The notes beneath the pieces were generated by a model. The model was not told the origin of the DNA. It saw only the letters and a list, made by a program, of their open reading frames with translations, and did no database searches. This document shows positions 11,829 to 22,457 of a DNA stretch of 41,249 nt, piece by piece. Made by a program: the position numbers and the translations under genes. Origin of the DNA: Methylobacter sp. (GTDB taxonomy: Bacteria > Pseudomonadota > Gammaproteobacteria > Methylococcales > Methylomonadaceae); assembly GCA_043729025.1 (NCBI GenBank), contig JAYTLW010000178.1, forward strand, positions 1-41,249. The letters run 5' to 3'. The number at the start of each line of letters is the position of its first letter. Positions within the stretch are counted from its first letter, which is position 1.

Positions 11829-11914
11829 GGCGAAAGACTAAGGGCTAAGGGTGAGAAGCGGCGTATTTGTCTTTCGCCCTTAGCCTAAAAAATAATTATT
11901 GGAGTTTTCAAAAA

Positions 11915-12391
11915 ATGAATAAAGTACCTCTCACCGTCAAAGGTGCAGAAAAATTACGCGCCGAACTGGAAGAATTAAAGTCGGTGGTGCGCCCGCGTAT
12001 CATTGCCTCGATTGCGACGGCTAGGGCGCATGGCGATTTGAAAGAAAATGCCGAATATCATGCTGCGAAAGAGCAGCAAAGCTTTGCCGAAGGACGTATT
12101 TCTGAAATTGAAGGCAAGCTATCAAACGCGCAAATTATTGACGTTACCAAGGTGGATGCTAATGGCAAAGTGGTGTTTGGCGCGACGGTTGAAATAGAAG
12201 ATATTGAAGCCGAGAGAAAGGTGACCTATCAGATTGTCGGTGAAGATGAGGCCAATATCAGGGAGGGTCGTATTTCAATCGGCTCGCCCATTGCCAGAGC
12301 CCTGATCGGCAAAGAAGTTGAAGATGTAGTGATGGTTAAAGCGCCGGGCGGCAATGTCGAGTATGAAATTATTTCTATTGAGTATGTTTGA
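11915..12391 (+). CDS. greA: Transcription elongation factor GreA
   Basis: [25 protein letters not shown]; ATG at 11915 after GGAG. Confidence 0.97.
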   Translation: MNKVPLTVKGAEKLRAELEELKSVVRPRIIASIATARAHGDLKENAEYHAAKEQQSFAEGRISEIEGKLSNAQIIDVTKVDANGKVVFGATVEIEDIEAERKVTYQIVGEDEANIREGRISIGSPIARALIGKEVEDVVMVKAPGGNVEYEIISIEYV

Positions 12392-12524
12392 GGTTCAAGG
12401 CTTAAGGTTTAAGGTTTAAGGTTTAAGGTTTAAGGTTTAAGGTTTAAGGTTTAAGGTTTAAGGTTTAAGGTTTAAGGTTTAAGGTTTAAGGGAAACAAGT
12501 CCTTGCACCTTTTGCCTTGAACCT
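12390..12524. repeat. Heptamer tandem array (AAGGTTT)12 within an inverted heptamer hairpin
   Basis: Twelve perfect units at 12404-12487, two variant units before them; AGGTTCAAGG (12391-12400) is complementary to CCTTGAACCT (12515-12524). Confidence 0.95.
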
Positions 12525-12528
12525 AAGT

Positions 12529-12795
12529 TCATTTGTCTGGGTTTAATCGGTAAATGACTGCAATTTGTCCAATAGCCTGAATGAGCTCGGCTCCGGTTTC
12601 CGTGCAGATTTTTTCGCTGATCAGCTTGCGATCTTCCCGTTCAGCACGTATCCGCACTTTAATCAGTTCGTGGCAGTTAAGTGCCAACTCAATCTCTGCC
12701 AGCACGGCTGCCGTAAGTCCTGATTGGCCGATCATAATAACGGGTTTCAAGGTGTGAGCCGCGGCCCGGAATTTTTTCTTATCTGCAGAGTCCAC
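12529..12795 (-). CDS. yhbY: YhbY (CRM domain) RNA-binding ribosome assembly protein
   Basis: AHTLKPVIMIGQSGL, HELIKVR, QAIGQIAVIYR; divergent from rlmE. Confidence 0.93.
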   Translation of the reverse strand: MDSADKKKFRAAAHTLKPVIMIGQSGLTAAVLAEIELALNCHELIKVRIRAEREDRKLISEKICTETGAELIQAIGQIAVIYRLNPDK

Positions 12796-12842
12796 TCTTT
12801 ATTCCTAAATCAAAATTTCAAATTTTACACTAAATTACAGTT

Positions 12843-13460
12843 ATGGGACGAAGTAAAAGTAGCGGTCGTTGGATGCAGGAGCATTTTGATGACGAATACG
12901 TCAAAATGGCTCAGGCTCAGGGTTATCGTTCGCGTGCGGTTTTTAAACTGAAAGAAATTCAGGATAAAGATCAGCTTATTAAGCCGGGGATGAATATTAT
13001 AGATTTGGGCGCCGCACCCGGTGGGTGGTCGCAGTTCGCGCGGCAGATTGTCGGTAAAAAAGACAAGATTATCGCGCTGGATATATTGCCGATGGATTCG
13101 CTTGAGGGTGTCGATTTTATTCTAGGCGATTTTCGTGAGCAAGCGGTTATAGATCAATTGTATGGCGTTCTCGACGGCGCTCCGATCAATCTGGTGCTGT
13201 CGGATATGGCGCCGAATATGAGCGGCAATAAGGGCGTAGACCAACCCCGTGCTGTTTATTTGGGCGAGTTGGCGCTGGAGACGGCCAAGAGGGTGTTGAC
13301 AAAAGACGGGGTTTTCTTGGTTAAATTATTTCACGGTGCCGGTTTTGAGGATTTTTATAGGGACGTTCAGCAATCCTTTGTGAAGGTGGCTATCAGAAAG
13401 CCAAAAGCGTCCAGGCCGCGAAGTAATGAAGTTTATATTTTAGCTAAAGGCTTTAAATAA
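12843..13460 (+). CDS. rlmE: 23S rRNA Um2552 methyltransferase RlmE
   Basis: YRSRAVFKL, DLGAAPGGWSQ, SDMAPN, KPKASR..S.EVY. Confidence 0.97.
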   Translation: MGRSKSSGRWMQEHFDDEYVKMAQAQGYRSRAVFKLKEIQDKDQLIKPGMNIIDLGAAPGGWSQFARQIVGKKDKIIALDILPMDSLEGVDFILGDFREQAVIDQLYGVLDGAPINLVLSDMAPNMSGNKGVDQPRAVYLGELALETAKRVLTKDGVFLVKLFHGAGFEDFYRDVQQSFVKVAIRKPKASRPRSNEVYILAKGFK

Positions 13461-13615
13461 TATCATGTAACCCTAATATCTGTGGGACGAGGTGTGCGAG
13501 TAAGATGAAGTTGTTTTTTATGTGTGGATGAGCTCCAAATAAATAACGACAGTCAGGAAACTTAACTCCTGATATAATTACTCAGTTTTTAAATCGAGAG
13601 CCTTTCAGGCCCGGG

Positions 13616-15553
13616 GTGTGTAAGTTGAACGATATGATGAAAAATATAATCCTATGGGTCGTCATCGCAGTGGTATTGATGTCCGTATTTAATAATTTCG
13701 GCCCGCAAAATGAGAGGGCTGATACGTCGATGTCTTACTCGCAATTTATCGAGTCGGTAAAAGCAGGCCAGGTTCAGCAGGTGATGATTGAAGATAATAT
13801 CATCAAAGGCAAGATGCAGAGTGGACAGATCTTTAAAACTTACGCACCTACAGATGCCCATATGGTCGATGATTTGCTGGCAAATGGCGTTGAAGTCAAG
13901 GCCGTTCCGCCGGAACAACCTTCTATGCTGATGCAGTTATTGGTTTCTTTTGGGCCGATGTTATTGCTGATTGCGGTGTGGGTTTTCTTCATGCGGCAGA
14001 TGCAGGGCGGTGCCGGTGGCGGTCGTGGTGCAATGAATTTTGGTAAAAGCAAAGCCCGTATGCTTGAAGAAGACCAGATTAAAGTGACTTTTGCTGATGT
14101 GGCGGGCTGTGATGAAGCTAAAGAGGAAGTTGTCGAAATGGTCGATTTCCTTAAAGATCCGGCAAAATATCAGAAATTAGGCGGTAAAATTCCTCGCGGC
14201 GCGTTGATGATTGGCCCTCCGGGAACAGGAAAGACCTTGCTGGCCAGAGCTATTGCCGGTGAGGCCAAAGTGCCGTTCTTCACCATTTCCGGATCGGATT
14301 TTGTTGAAATGTTTGTTGGTGTGGGCGCATCCCGTGTGCGCGACATGTTTGAGCAAGCTAAAAAACACGCACCTTGCATTATTTTTATAGATGAGATTGA
14401 TGCAGTGGGTCGTCAGCGTGGTGCCGGCTTGGGTGGCGGCAATGATGAGCGTGAGCAGACATTAAACCAGTTGTTGGTTGAAATGGATGGCTTCGAGGGT
14501 AATGAAGGTATTATTGTCATCGCAGCAACAAACCGTCCCGATATATTGGATAAGGCTTTATTGCGTCCAGGTCGATTTGATCGTCAGGTCACAGTAGGTT
14601 TGCCGGATGTCAGGGGGCGCGAGCAGATCCTTAAAGTTCACATGAAAAAAGTACCCGCAGACGATGATGTTGAGGTTAAGTATATAGCTCAAGGTACGCC
14701 TGGCTTTTCCGGCGCCGATTTGGCCAATTTGATCAATGAAGCCGCTTTATTCGCCGCCAGAATGAATAAGCGCGTGGTCAACATGTCGGATTTGGAAAAA
14801 GCCAAGGATAAATTGATCATGGGCGTCGAAAGACACTCCATGGTCATGAATGAGAAAGAAAAGAAAATGACCGCTTATCATGAATCTGGACATGCAATCG
14901 TCGGAAAATTGGTGCCTGAGCATGATCCTGTTTATAAAGTCAGCATTATGCCTAGAGGTCGCGCATTAGGCGTTACCATGTTTTTGCCTGAACGGGATCA
15001 GTACAGCGCTAGTAAGCAAAAATTGGACAGTATGATTTCCAGTTTGTATGGTGGTCGTATTGCCGAGGAAGTGGTTTTTGGTCGGGAACAAGTGAGTACC
15101 GGTGCTTCCAACGATATTGAGCGAGCCACAGAGTTGGCTAGAAATATGGTCACTAAATGGGGCTTTTCTCAGCGCTTGGGGCCATTGTCATACAGTGAAG
15201 AAGAAGGTGAAGTGTTTTTGGGGCGTTCCGTGACGCAGCATAAAACGGTAGCCGAAGAGACTTCCCATACCATCGATGAAGAAATTCGCTCTTTTATAGA
15301 TCGAAATTATGAGCGTGCCGAAAAAATCCTGAAAGAAAATATGGATATTCTGCATGCCATGGCGGAAGCGTTGATGAAGTATGAGACCATCGACAAATTT
15401 CAAATCGAGGATTTGATGGCGCGTAAACCGGTAAGAGAGCCTCAGGGTTGGGACGATAAGCCTCCAACTCATGGTGAAGTCATAACGGATGATGTCAAGA
15501 GCAAGGATAAAAAAAATGAGAAATCCATAGGTGGGACTGCCGAGCAAAACTGA
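13616..15553 (+). CDS. ftsH: ATP-dependent zinc metalloprotease FtsH (true start may be TTG 13625 or a nearby ATG)
   Basis: Two TM segments, [31 protein letters not shown]. Confidence 0.98.
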   Translation: MCKLNDMMKNIILWVVIAVVLMSVFNNFGPQNERADTSMSYSQFIESVKAGQVQQVMIEDNIIKGKMQSGQIFKTYAPTDAHMVDDLLANGVEVKAVPPEQPSMLMQLLVSFGPMLLLIAVWVFFMRQMQGGAGGGRGAMNFGKSKARMLEEDQIKVTFADVAGCDEAKEEVVEMVDFLKDPAKYQKLGGKIPRGALMIGPPGTGKTLLARAIAGEAKVPFFTISGSDFVEMFVGVGASRVRDMFEQAKKHAPCIIFIDEIDAVGRQRGAGLGGGNDEREQTLNQLLVEMDGFEGNEGIIVIAATNRPDILDKALLRPGRFDRQVTVGLPDVRGREQILKVHMKKVPADDDVEVKYIAQGTPGFSGADLANLINEAALFAARMNKRVVNMSDLEKAKDKLIMGVERHSMVMNEKEKKMTAYHESGHAIVGKLVPEHDPVYKVSIMPRGRALGVTMFLPERDQYSASKQKLDSMISSLYGGRIAEEVVFGREQVSTGASNDIERATELARNMVTKWGFSQRLGPLSYSEEEGEVFLGRSVTQHKTVAEETSHTIDEEIRSFIDRNYERAEKILKENMDILHAMAEALMKYETIDKFQIEDLMARKPVREPQGWDDKPPTHGEVITDDVKSKDKKNEKSIGGTAEQN

Positions 15554-15570
15554 AGGCTTTCTGATATGAC

Positions 15571-15604
15571 AAAAAAAGGAGAGGCATAATGCCTCTCCTT
15601 TTTT
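15571..15604 (+). terminator. ftsH terminator
   Basis: AAAAAAAGGAGAGGCA-taa-TGCCTCTCCTTTTTT. Confidence 0.88.
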
Positions 15605-15683
15605 GTATGTCATTTATAAAGGCCGAAAGCGCAGGGTCAATTTTGGTGTTTAGTATTTTTAGCGGTTATTAGGTTTTTAAATC

Positions 15684-17024
15684 ATGTCAAAAAAATATTT
15701 TGGAACAGACGGCATCAGAGGCAGGGTGGGTGAGCACCCCATAACGGCCGATTTTTTTTTGAAGCTGGGCTGGGCTGCCGGTCGAGTGTTTGCCAGTGAA
15801 GGGCATGGCTTTGTTTTGGTTGGTAAAGACACGCGTATTTCAGGCTATATGTTTGAGTCTGCGCTAGAGGCCGGATTGACCGCCGCAGGAGTCGACACCC
15901 GTTTGCTGGGGCCTATGCCCACGCCGGGTATAGCCTATTTAACCCGAACGCTAAGGGCGCAGGCGGGCATCGTTATTAGCGCCTCTCATAATCCTTATTA
16001 TGATAATGGGGTTAAGTTTTTCTCAGTGCAGGGCACAAAATTAGCCGATGACATAGAGCAAAAGATAGAACGGCATCTTGATGCCCCGATGACTACGGTA
16101 GATTCATCTAAATTGGGTAAGGCAAAGCGACTGGATGACGCCGCCGGTCGCTATATTGAATTTTGCAAGGCCAGCATACCGACTCGACTTGATTTTAGCG
16201 GCATGAGGATCATACTCGATTGCGCACATGGAGCGACTTATCACATAGCGCCTCACGTGTTTAGTGAGGTAGGCGCAGAAGTTGTAACCATAGGCGCTGA
16301 ACCGGACGGGCTTAATATTAATGACGAATGCGGCGCAACCAAGCCGGACAGTCTGGCGGCAACGGTTTTAGCTTACCGCGCGGATTTCGGCATTGCTCTT
16401 GATGGCGATGGCGACCGTTTGGTGATGGTCGATCACAAAGGTGAAATCGTTGATGGCGACGAACTTATTTATATTATTGCCAAAGCAAGATTGGAAGCGG
16501 GGCTCATGACCGGGCCTGTCGTAGGTACGTTAATGACCAACCTAGGCATGGAACACGGCCTGAAGAAGCTGGGTATAGGCTTAATTAGAGCCAAGGTGGG
16601 TGACCGCTACGTTATGGAAATGTTGACGGAGCACAAAGGCATCTTAGGCGGCGAAAATTCCGGACATATCATTTGTCTGGATAAAACCACAACAGGCGAT
16701 GGGATTATTGCCGCCTTGCAGATCATGGCGGAAATGCAAGATAGCGGTAAAAATTTACATGAATTGAAATCCGGGATGCAAAAATACCCGCAGGTTCTGG
16801 TGAATGTTAAAACCAACAAGAAAATAAATCCGGATCAGGATGTGGTTATACAAAAATCGGTGCAAGCTATCGAGAAAAAACTGGGTGATAACGGTCGGGT
16901 ATTGCTGAGAGCCTCGGGAACGGAGCCCTTAATTCGGGTAATGGTTGAGGGTCAACAGGAAGATTTGGTTAAAAACTACGCCCATCAAATAGCGGACGAT
17001 GTTAAGAAAGTAATGGGTGCTTGA
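15684..17024 (+). CDS. glmM: Phosphoglucosamine mutase
   Basis: [29 protein letters not shown]. Confidence 0.97.
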   Translation: MSKKYFGTDGIRGRVGEHPITADFFLKLGWAAGRVFASEGHGFVLVGKDTRISGYMFESALEAGLTAAGVDTRLLGPMPTPGIAYLTRTLRAQAGIVISASHNPYYDNGVKFFSVQGTKLADDIEQKIERHLDAPMTTVDSSKLGKAKRLDDAAGRYIEFCKASIPTRLDFSGMRIILDCAHGATYHIAPHVFSEVGAEVVTIGAEPDGLNINDECGATKPDSLAATVLAYRADFGIALDGDGDRLVMVDHKGEIVDGDELIYIIAKARLEAGLMTGPVVGTLMTNLGMEHGLKKLGIGLIRAKVGDRYVMEMLTEHKGILGGENSGHIICLDKTTTGDGIIAALQIMAEMQDSGKNLHELKSGMQKYPQVLVNVKTNKKINPDQDVVIQKSVQAIEKKLGDNGRVLLRASGTEPLIRVMVEGQQEDLVKNYAHQIADDVKKVMGA

Positions 17025-17079
17025 ATTAAACACTATTACTATATATTATAGCCAGTTTGGTTCTATTTGAGGAGTAGTA

Positions 17080-17826
17080 ATGCGTCGGTCTCTAGTGGTA
17101 GGAAATTGGAAGATGAATGGAACTCTTGCCAGTGCTGAGTTGCTTGTAAAAGGCATCATTGCCGGGTTAAGGGGAAATGATGCCGACATTGCGGTATGTG
17201 TACCTTATGTGCATTTGCCCATGGTTAGCGCATTAGTTAAAAACAGCTCATTGGCATTGGGCGCACAAAACGTAGCGGATAAACCTTCAGGCGCTTATAC
17301 CGGAGAAATTTCGGCAGCAATGCTAAGAGAGTTTAATTGTAAATATGCTATCGTGGGGCACTCCGAAAGACGCAGTTATTACGGAGACACTAACGAATCG
17401 GTAGCCGCCCGTTTTTGTCAGGCTCAAGAACAAGACATAATTCCCGTTTTGTGCGTAGGTGAAACCCTTGAGCAACGCGAACAAGATCAGACCTTTGCGG
17501 TGATTGATGCTCAGCTTGACGCCGTTATTAATTTGGCCGGTATCGCAGCTTTTAGCGCAGCAGTGGTTGCTTACGAGCCGGTTTGGGCCATAGGCACAGG
17601 AAAAACGGCGACTGATGAACAGGCTCAGGAAGTTCATCGCTATATAAGGCAGTACATCGCCGCTAAAGATCAGATCATTGCCGATAAAATACAGATTTTA
17701 TATGGCGGTAGCGCCAAGCCGGACAATGCAAAAGGCTTGTTTGCCATGCCGGATATTGACGGCGGCTTAATTGGTGGGGCTTCGTTGGACGCGGAATCCT
17801 TTTTAAAGATTTATCAGTCAATTTAG
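17080..17826 (+). CDS. tpiA: Triosephosphate isomerase
   Basis: GNWKMN, GHSERR, AYEPVWAIGTG, LIGGASL. Confidence 0.98.
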   Translation: MRRSLVVGNWKMNGTLASAELLVKGIIAGLRGNDADIAVCVPYVHLPMVSALVKNSSLALGAQNVADKPSGAYTGEISAAMLREFNCKYAIVGHSERRSYYGDTNESVAARFCQAQEQDIIPVLCVGETLEQREQDQTFAVIDAQLDAVINLAGIAAFSAAVVAYEPVWAIGTGKTATDEQAQEVHRYIRQYIAAKDQIIADKIQILYGGSAKPDNAKGLFAMPDIDGGLIGGASLDAESFLKIYQSI

Positions 17827-17842
17827 AGTAGTTTAAACTTTC

Positions 17843-18247
17843 ATGTATCAGGTAATTATTGTTGTTCATGTGTTGTTGGGTTTAGGGGTTGTTGGATTAG
17901 TATTAATGCAACAAGGCAAAGGGGCTGATGCAGGCGCAGCTTTTGGCTCGGGTTCTTCAGGTTCTGTTTTTGGCGCTCAAGGTGCGGCATCATTCTTGTC
18001 ACGGGCTACAGCAATTCTGGCAACTTTGTTTTTTATGACCAGCTTGGGGCTTGCCGTGTTAAATGGTAAGCAAGGCGCGGCTTATGACTTAATGAGCCCT
18101 TCCTCTAAGATTGATCAGGGTATACCTGATGTGGGTGGCGAAAAAAATGCCGACACAGCGGCTCCTGCATCTGACCTTAAATCTGAAGAAGTGCCTGTTG
18201 CAGCACCAGTAATTTCGGGAGCCGAGGGTGCAGCCGGAAAAAAATAA
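17843..18247 (+). CDS. secG: Preprotein translocase subunit SecG
   Basis: [20 protein letters not shown]; tpiA-secG-tRNA-Leu synteny. Confidence 0.96.
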   Translation: MYQVIIVVHVLLGLGVVGLVLMQQGKGADAGAAFGSGSSGSVFGAQGAASFLSRATAILATLFFMTSLGLAVLNGKQGAAYDLMSPSSKIDQGIPDVGGEKNADTAAPASDLKSEEVPVAAPVISGAEGAAGKK

Positions 18248-18332
18248 TCACTATTGTTTATGACATAAGTAAAAGCGCTGTAAAAATAATAAAACAGTGA
18301 GCGTTAAATTCAGTCATTACTATGATGTTTTA

Positions 18333-18417
18333 GCCGATGTGGTGAAATTGGTAGACACGCCATCTTGAGGGGGTGGTGACGAAAGTTGTGCCGGTTCAAA
18401 TCCGGCCATCGGCACCA
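18333..18417 (+). tRNA. tRNA-Leu (GAG)
   Basis: 85 nt; acceptor GCCGATG/CATCGGC-ACCA; anticodon arm CCATC-TT-GAG-GG-GGTGG; long variable arm; GGTTCAAATCC. Confidence 0.97.
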
Positions 18418-18448
18418 ATACAGCATCCAGAGAGGTGCAAAGAAGTAC

Positions 18449-18484
18449 AAAAACCCGCAAGTCATAAAGCTTAGCGGGTTTTTT
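18449..18484 (+). terminator. Terminator after tRNA-Leu
   Basis: AAAAACCCGC-AAG..CTT-a-GCGGGTTTTTT. Confidence 0.75.
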
Positions 18485-18627
18485 ATTGTTTGTCAGGATG
18501 AAGAATGTAGAAAATATTTTTTTAGTTTAGAAGTACGGTAAAGAAAAATAATTAGGCTACACTTAAGTCGTTAAACGTAAGTTACTGTGAATTCAGCACA
18601 GGGTTTTGCTTTGAAAATTAGCGAGTA

Positions 18628-19002
18628 ATGGAGAAAACAATGGCAAGTATACTTGCAGTTGACGATTCGGCTTCAATGAGAAAAATGGTTTCATTTACTT
18701 TAAGAGCTGCCGGATATGACGTCGAAGAGGCAGTAGATGGTGTCGATGCTTTAGAAAAAGCGCAGACCAGGAAGTTTGATTGTGTAGTAACCGATGTCAA
18801 TATGCCCAATAAAGACGGAATCACTTTGATTAGAGATTTGCGAGAACTTCCCGATTATAAATTTATTCCCATGCTGATGCTGACAACCGAGTCAGGCATC
18901 GAAAAAAAGCAAGAAGGTAAAGCTGCAGGCGCCACGGGGTGGATGGTTAAGCCTTTCAATCCCGATCAACTATTAAAAACATTATTGAAGGTTTTGGGTT
19001 AG
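18628..19002 (+). CDS. cheY: CheY-type single-domain response regulator
   Basis: LAVDDS, VTDVNMP, MLTTES, GATGWMVKPF; immediately upstream of cheA. Confidence 0.92.
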   Translation: MEKTMASILAVDDSASMRKMVSFTLRAAGYDVEEAVDGVDALEKAQTRKFDCVVTDVNMPNKDGITLIRDLRELPDYKFIPMLMLTTESGIEKKQEGKAAGATGWMVKPFNPDQLLKTLLKVLG

Positions 19003-19168
19003 TTGATACTGTCGTACCTAAGTAGATCTCTATACCTATTGCTTTGTCCCAGTTCCATGCGGCTTTATTTTGAATGTACAGATGAATGGTTTAGGTGTTT
19101 ATCCATCCGAGGGTCAACAAAGATACTTTAACTTGTTTAAATGAATTTAGGCGCGCACAGGTAAGTCT

Positions 19169-21274
19169 ATGTCTATTGATATGTCACAATTCCACCAGGT
19201 CTTTTTTGAAGAATGTTTCGAAGGTCTGGAAGTCATGGAGTCAGGATTGTTAACTCTTGATATGGGAGATATTGATTCGGAAATAATTAACACCATTTTC
19301 AGGGGGGCGCACTCGATAAAAGGCGGAAGCGGCACGTTTGGTTTTACGGTTGTTGCAGAATACACGCATATTATGGAAACCCTGCTCGATGAGATGCGAG
19401 ATGGGCGGAGGAAGGTAACGCAGCCGGCAGTAACTGTTTTGCTCGGATCAGTTGATTGTCTCAGGGAAATGTTGACTGCGATTCAGAATGAGCAGGATGT
19501 TAATAACGCTAGCGTAGCAAAGCACAAATCAGCTTTGGAAGTTGTGCTTAATGGTGGCTCGGCATCAGAAACATCAGCGCCTCCAGTTGAACAGGAATTG
19601 ACAAGTGTAGAGCTTGTTGCCGATGTCGTTGCTGATATAGTCGAAGAAGATGTTGGCTTAGTAGAGCAGGGTTGGAAGATAGCTTTTTGCCCCTATTTGG
19701 ATTTGCTTAAAACCGGCAATGATCCTGTCAGACTATTTCGGGAATTGAATGAACTGGGCGAATTGACTAGCATCGCTAATATCCAGGATGTTCCGGGTTT
19801 TTATGAATTAGAACCAGAGGAGTGTAATATTTCCTGGGATTTGAAAGTTGTCGGGGATATTTCCGGTGAAGAAATCAGGGAGATATTCAACTGGGTTGAA
19901 GGCGATTGTGAAATGGAAATTCAACCGCTAGCCAAGGCAGTAAAAGCAGCCCCTGTTGTAAAAAAAGTCGATCCTGAACCTGCCGCAGCAATATCACCTA
20001 ATAATCCCGCTCCGAAACCTGTTGAGGCCAAGCCCAAGGCGGTAGTGGACGTCAAAAAACCGGATGCTCAAGATTCCGACAATGAAACAATAAAAAACAC
20101 CGCAAAAGCCAGTTCGATCCGGGTTGATACTGACAAAATTGATACTTTAATCAATATGGTTGGCGAAGTGGTGATAACACAATCCATGTTGGGCCTAATC
20201 GGTGAAAGCTTTACCATGGATAAGGTGAGTCAACTTAAAAGAGGACTTGCCCAGTTAGAGCGGCATACTCGGGATCTACAACAAAGCGTCATGAATATTC
20301 GCATGCTGCCTATCAGCTTTGTTTTTAGCCGTTTCCCACGTTTAGTTCATGATATCAGTAGTAAATTAGATAAAAAAATAGTGCTGAAACTGGTCGGGGA
20401 AAATACCGAAGTTGATAAAGCGGTCGTTGAACTGATCAATGATCCCTTGGTTCATTTGATAAGGAATAGCCTGGATCACGGTATAGAATTACCTGCGGAC
20501 AGGGTTGAAGCAGGTAAGCCGGATACCGGAACCATAGAATTGAAGGCCTATCATCGTGGCGGACACATTGTCATCGAAATTATTGATGACGGACGCGGGT
20601 TAGATAAAGATAAACTTCTGGCTAAGGCCATAGAAAAAGGCTTGGTTGAAGAAAATAACCTGCTTACCGAAAAACAGATATTTGAACTCATCTTTATGCC
20701 GGGCTTTTCTACAGCTGAACAGTTGACTGATATTTCCGGTCGCGGTGTCGGTATGGATGTGGTTAGAAGAAACATCCAATCGCTAGGCGGCAATATTGAA
20801 ATTATTTCAGAGCTGGGCAAGGGAACAACTATTGCCATTCATTTACCGTTAACCCTGGCAATTCTTGACGGTCAATCCGTTGCCGTGGGTGATGAGACCT
20901 ACATTGTTCCGTTAGTTTCTATTATTGAATCGATTAATATTACAGAAAGAATGCTAAACAAAGTTGCAGGTAAAGGTGAAACCTTTCGCCTACGCAATGA
21001 ATATTTACCGGTTATTAGAATGCGTGGAATTTTTAATGTTCATTCGAGCAATCCAGCCAAGTCAACAGAGGGAGTCCTGGTAATCGTCGAGGGTCAGGGT
21101 GAGTTGTGTTGTTTACTGGTAGATGAGTTATTGGGTCAGCAACAAGTAGTCATTAAATCATTGGAAGCAAATTATCGACGAGTGGAGGGCGTTTCAGGCG
21201 CAACTATTTTAGGCGATGGTTCTGTTGCGCTGATACTTGATGTTCCAGGTTTGGTGCGTTATTCAATTCGCTAG
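19169..21274 (+). CDS. cheA: Chemotaxis histidine kinase CheA
   Basis: Hpt RGAHSIKGG, SIRVD dimerisation region, HLIRNSLDHG, SGRGVGMDVV, C-terminal CheW domain. Confidence 0.97.
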   Translation: MSIDMSQFHQVFFEECFEGLEVMESGLLTLDMGDIDSEIINTIFRGAHSIKGGSGTFGFTVVAEYTHIMETLLDEMRDGRRKVTQPAVTVLLGSVDCLREMLTAIQNEQDVNNASVAKHKSALEVVLNGGSASETSAPPVEQELTSVELVADVVADIVEEDVGLVEQGWKIAFCPYLDLLKTGNDPVRLFRELNELGELTSIANIQDVPGFYELEPEECNISWDLKVVGDISGEEIREIFNWVEGDCEMEIQPLAKAVKAAPVVKKVDPEPAAAISPNNPAPKPVEAKPKAVVDVKKPDAQDSDNETIKNTAKASSIRVDTDKIDTLINMVGEVVITQSMLGLIGESFTMDKVSQLKRGLAQLERHTRDLQQSVMNIRMLPISFVFSRFPRLVHDISSKLDKKIVLKLVGENTEVDKAVVELINDPLVHLIRNSLDHGIELPADRVEAGKPDTGTIELKAYHRGGHIVIEIIDDGRGLDKDKLLAKAIEKGLVEENNLLTEKQIFELIFMPGFSTAEQLTDISGRGVGMDVVRRNIQSLGGNIEIISELGKGTTIAIHLPLTLAILDGQSVAVGDETYIVPLVSIIESINITERMLNKVAGKGETFRLRNEYLPVIRMRGIFNVHSSNPAKSTEGVLVIVEGQGELCCLLVDELLGQQQVVIKSLEANYRRVEGVSGATILGDGSVALILDVPGLVRYSIR

Positions 21275-21308
21275 TTCATAGATAAAAACACAAAATATAA
21301 AAACAGAT

Positions 21309-21824
21309 ATGGCACAAGCAGCTGAAAATAAAGATATTGACCAATATCACAATAGTAAAAATCTGGATAACGCCGTGCAATATCTGAGTTTTGCTTTAGG
21401 TAAAGAGGAATATGGCGTTGATATTCTTCGCGTACAGGAAATAAGAAGCTGGGAACCGATTTCCAGAATACCTAACGTGCCCTATTATGAAAAAGGTGTG
21501 GTTAATTTACGCGGTTCCATAGTGCCGATTCTCGATTTGAGAGAAAGATTTAGTTTGAGTAAAGCCGAATACACACCATTGACAGTCGTTGTGGTGTTAC
21601 AAACCGGCGATAGCACCAAGACGCGCATAATGGGCGTTGTTGTCGATTCGGTCTCTGATGTCATCAGTGTGGATAAAACTGAAATTCAAAATGCACCGGA
21701 TTTCGGCGTTAAAGTAAGTAATGAATTCATTAATGGATTGGTCTCTGTTAATGAGCGGATGGTGATGCTGCTTGATGTGGATAAATTACTGAAGCTAGAG
21801 AAAATAGATCAGGTTGAAGGCTAA
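21309..21824 (+). CDS. cheW: CheW adaptor 1
   Basis: YLSF.LG.EEYGVDIL.VQEI, GVVNLRGSIVPILDLR, VVDSVSDV. Confidence 0.95.
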   Translation: MAQAAENKDIDQYHNSKNLDNAVQYLSFALGKEEYGVDILRVQEIRSWEPISRIPNVPYYEKGVVNLRGSIVPILDLRERFSLSKAEYTPLTVVVVLQTGDSTKTRIMGVVVDSVSDVISVDKTEIQNAPDFGVKVSNEFINGLVSVNERMVMLLDVDKLLKLEKIDQVEG

Positions 21825-21962
21825 TGATTTTTAATGAATTTTGCATGGTTTATGAGATAAGGTTGTATGAAGGTTGATGTGCCAACTAATAAAGAAGTTA
21901 TTGTAAATGGGAAGAGTTTTAATGTTGTTTAAAAACTATATAACCGGCAGGAAACTATAACA

Positions 21963-22454
21963 ATGACAACAGATCTACAGTCACATGCTAGTCGGATAGA
22001 GCAATTTCTCACCTTTCAACTCGCGGACGAGGCCTATGGCGTTGAGATTTTGAAAGTGCAGGAGATTCGAGGTTGGGAAGCTGTTCGCGTGATACCGAAC
22101 ACACCGGCTTTCGTTAAAGGTGTATTGAACTTACGCGGTTCCGTCGTGCCCATTATAGATTTACGGGAGAGGTTTGCTCTGGAGCACTGCGAGTATTCTC
22201 CAAAAACGGTCGTTATTGTGCTCTGTGTCGAACATGGTGCCAATCAGTTTGTTATGGGCATAGTGGCGGATGCAGTTTCTGACGTGCTGGATATTAATTT
22301 GGAACGGATCGAAAAATCACCCAACTTTGGCTCAAAAATTGATACTCGCTACATGCGCGGTATGCATGTGTATAAGAAAAAGATGATTATGCTCTTAGAT
22401 GTGGATAAATTGCTCAATCCGGTTGAGGTTGGGGGCATTGAAAACTTGGTGTGA
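21963..22454 (+). CDS. cheW: CheW adaptor 2
   Basis: FLTFQL..EAYGVEILKVQEI, GVLNLRGSVVPIIDLR. Confidence 0.95.
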   Translation: MTTDLQSHASRIEQFLTFQLADEAYGVEILKVQEIRGWEAVRVIPNTPAFVKGVLNLRGSVVPIIDLRERFALEHCEYSPKTVVIVLCVEHGANQFVMGIVADAVSDVLDINLERIEKSPNFGSKIDTRYMRGMHVYKKKMIMLLDVDKLLNPVEVGGIENLV

Positions 22455-22457
22455 TAG

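Noticed and set aside
12404-12487. Repeat array as a possible CRISPR
   Set aside because: 7-bp units with no spacers and no cas genes.
18548-18574. Sigma28-like promoter before cheY (GTCGTTAA)
   Set aside because: -10 matches 6 of 8 and there is no properly spaced TAAA -35.
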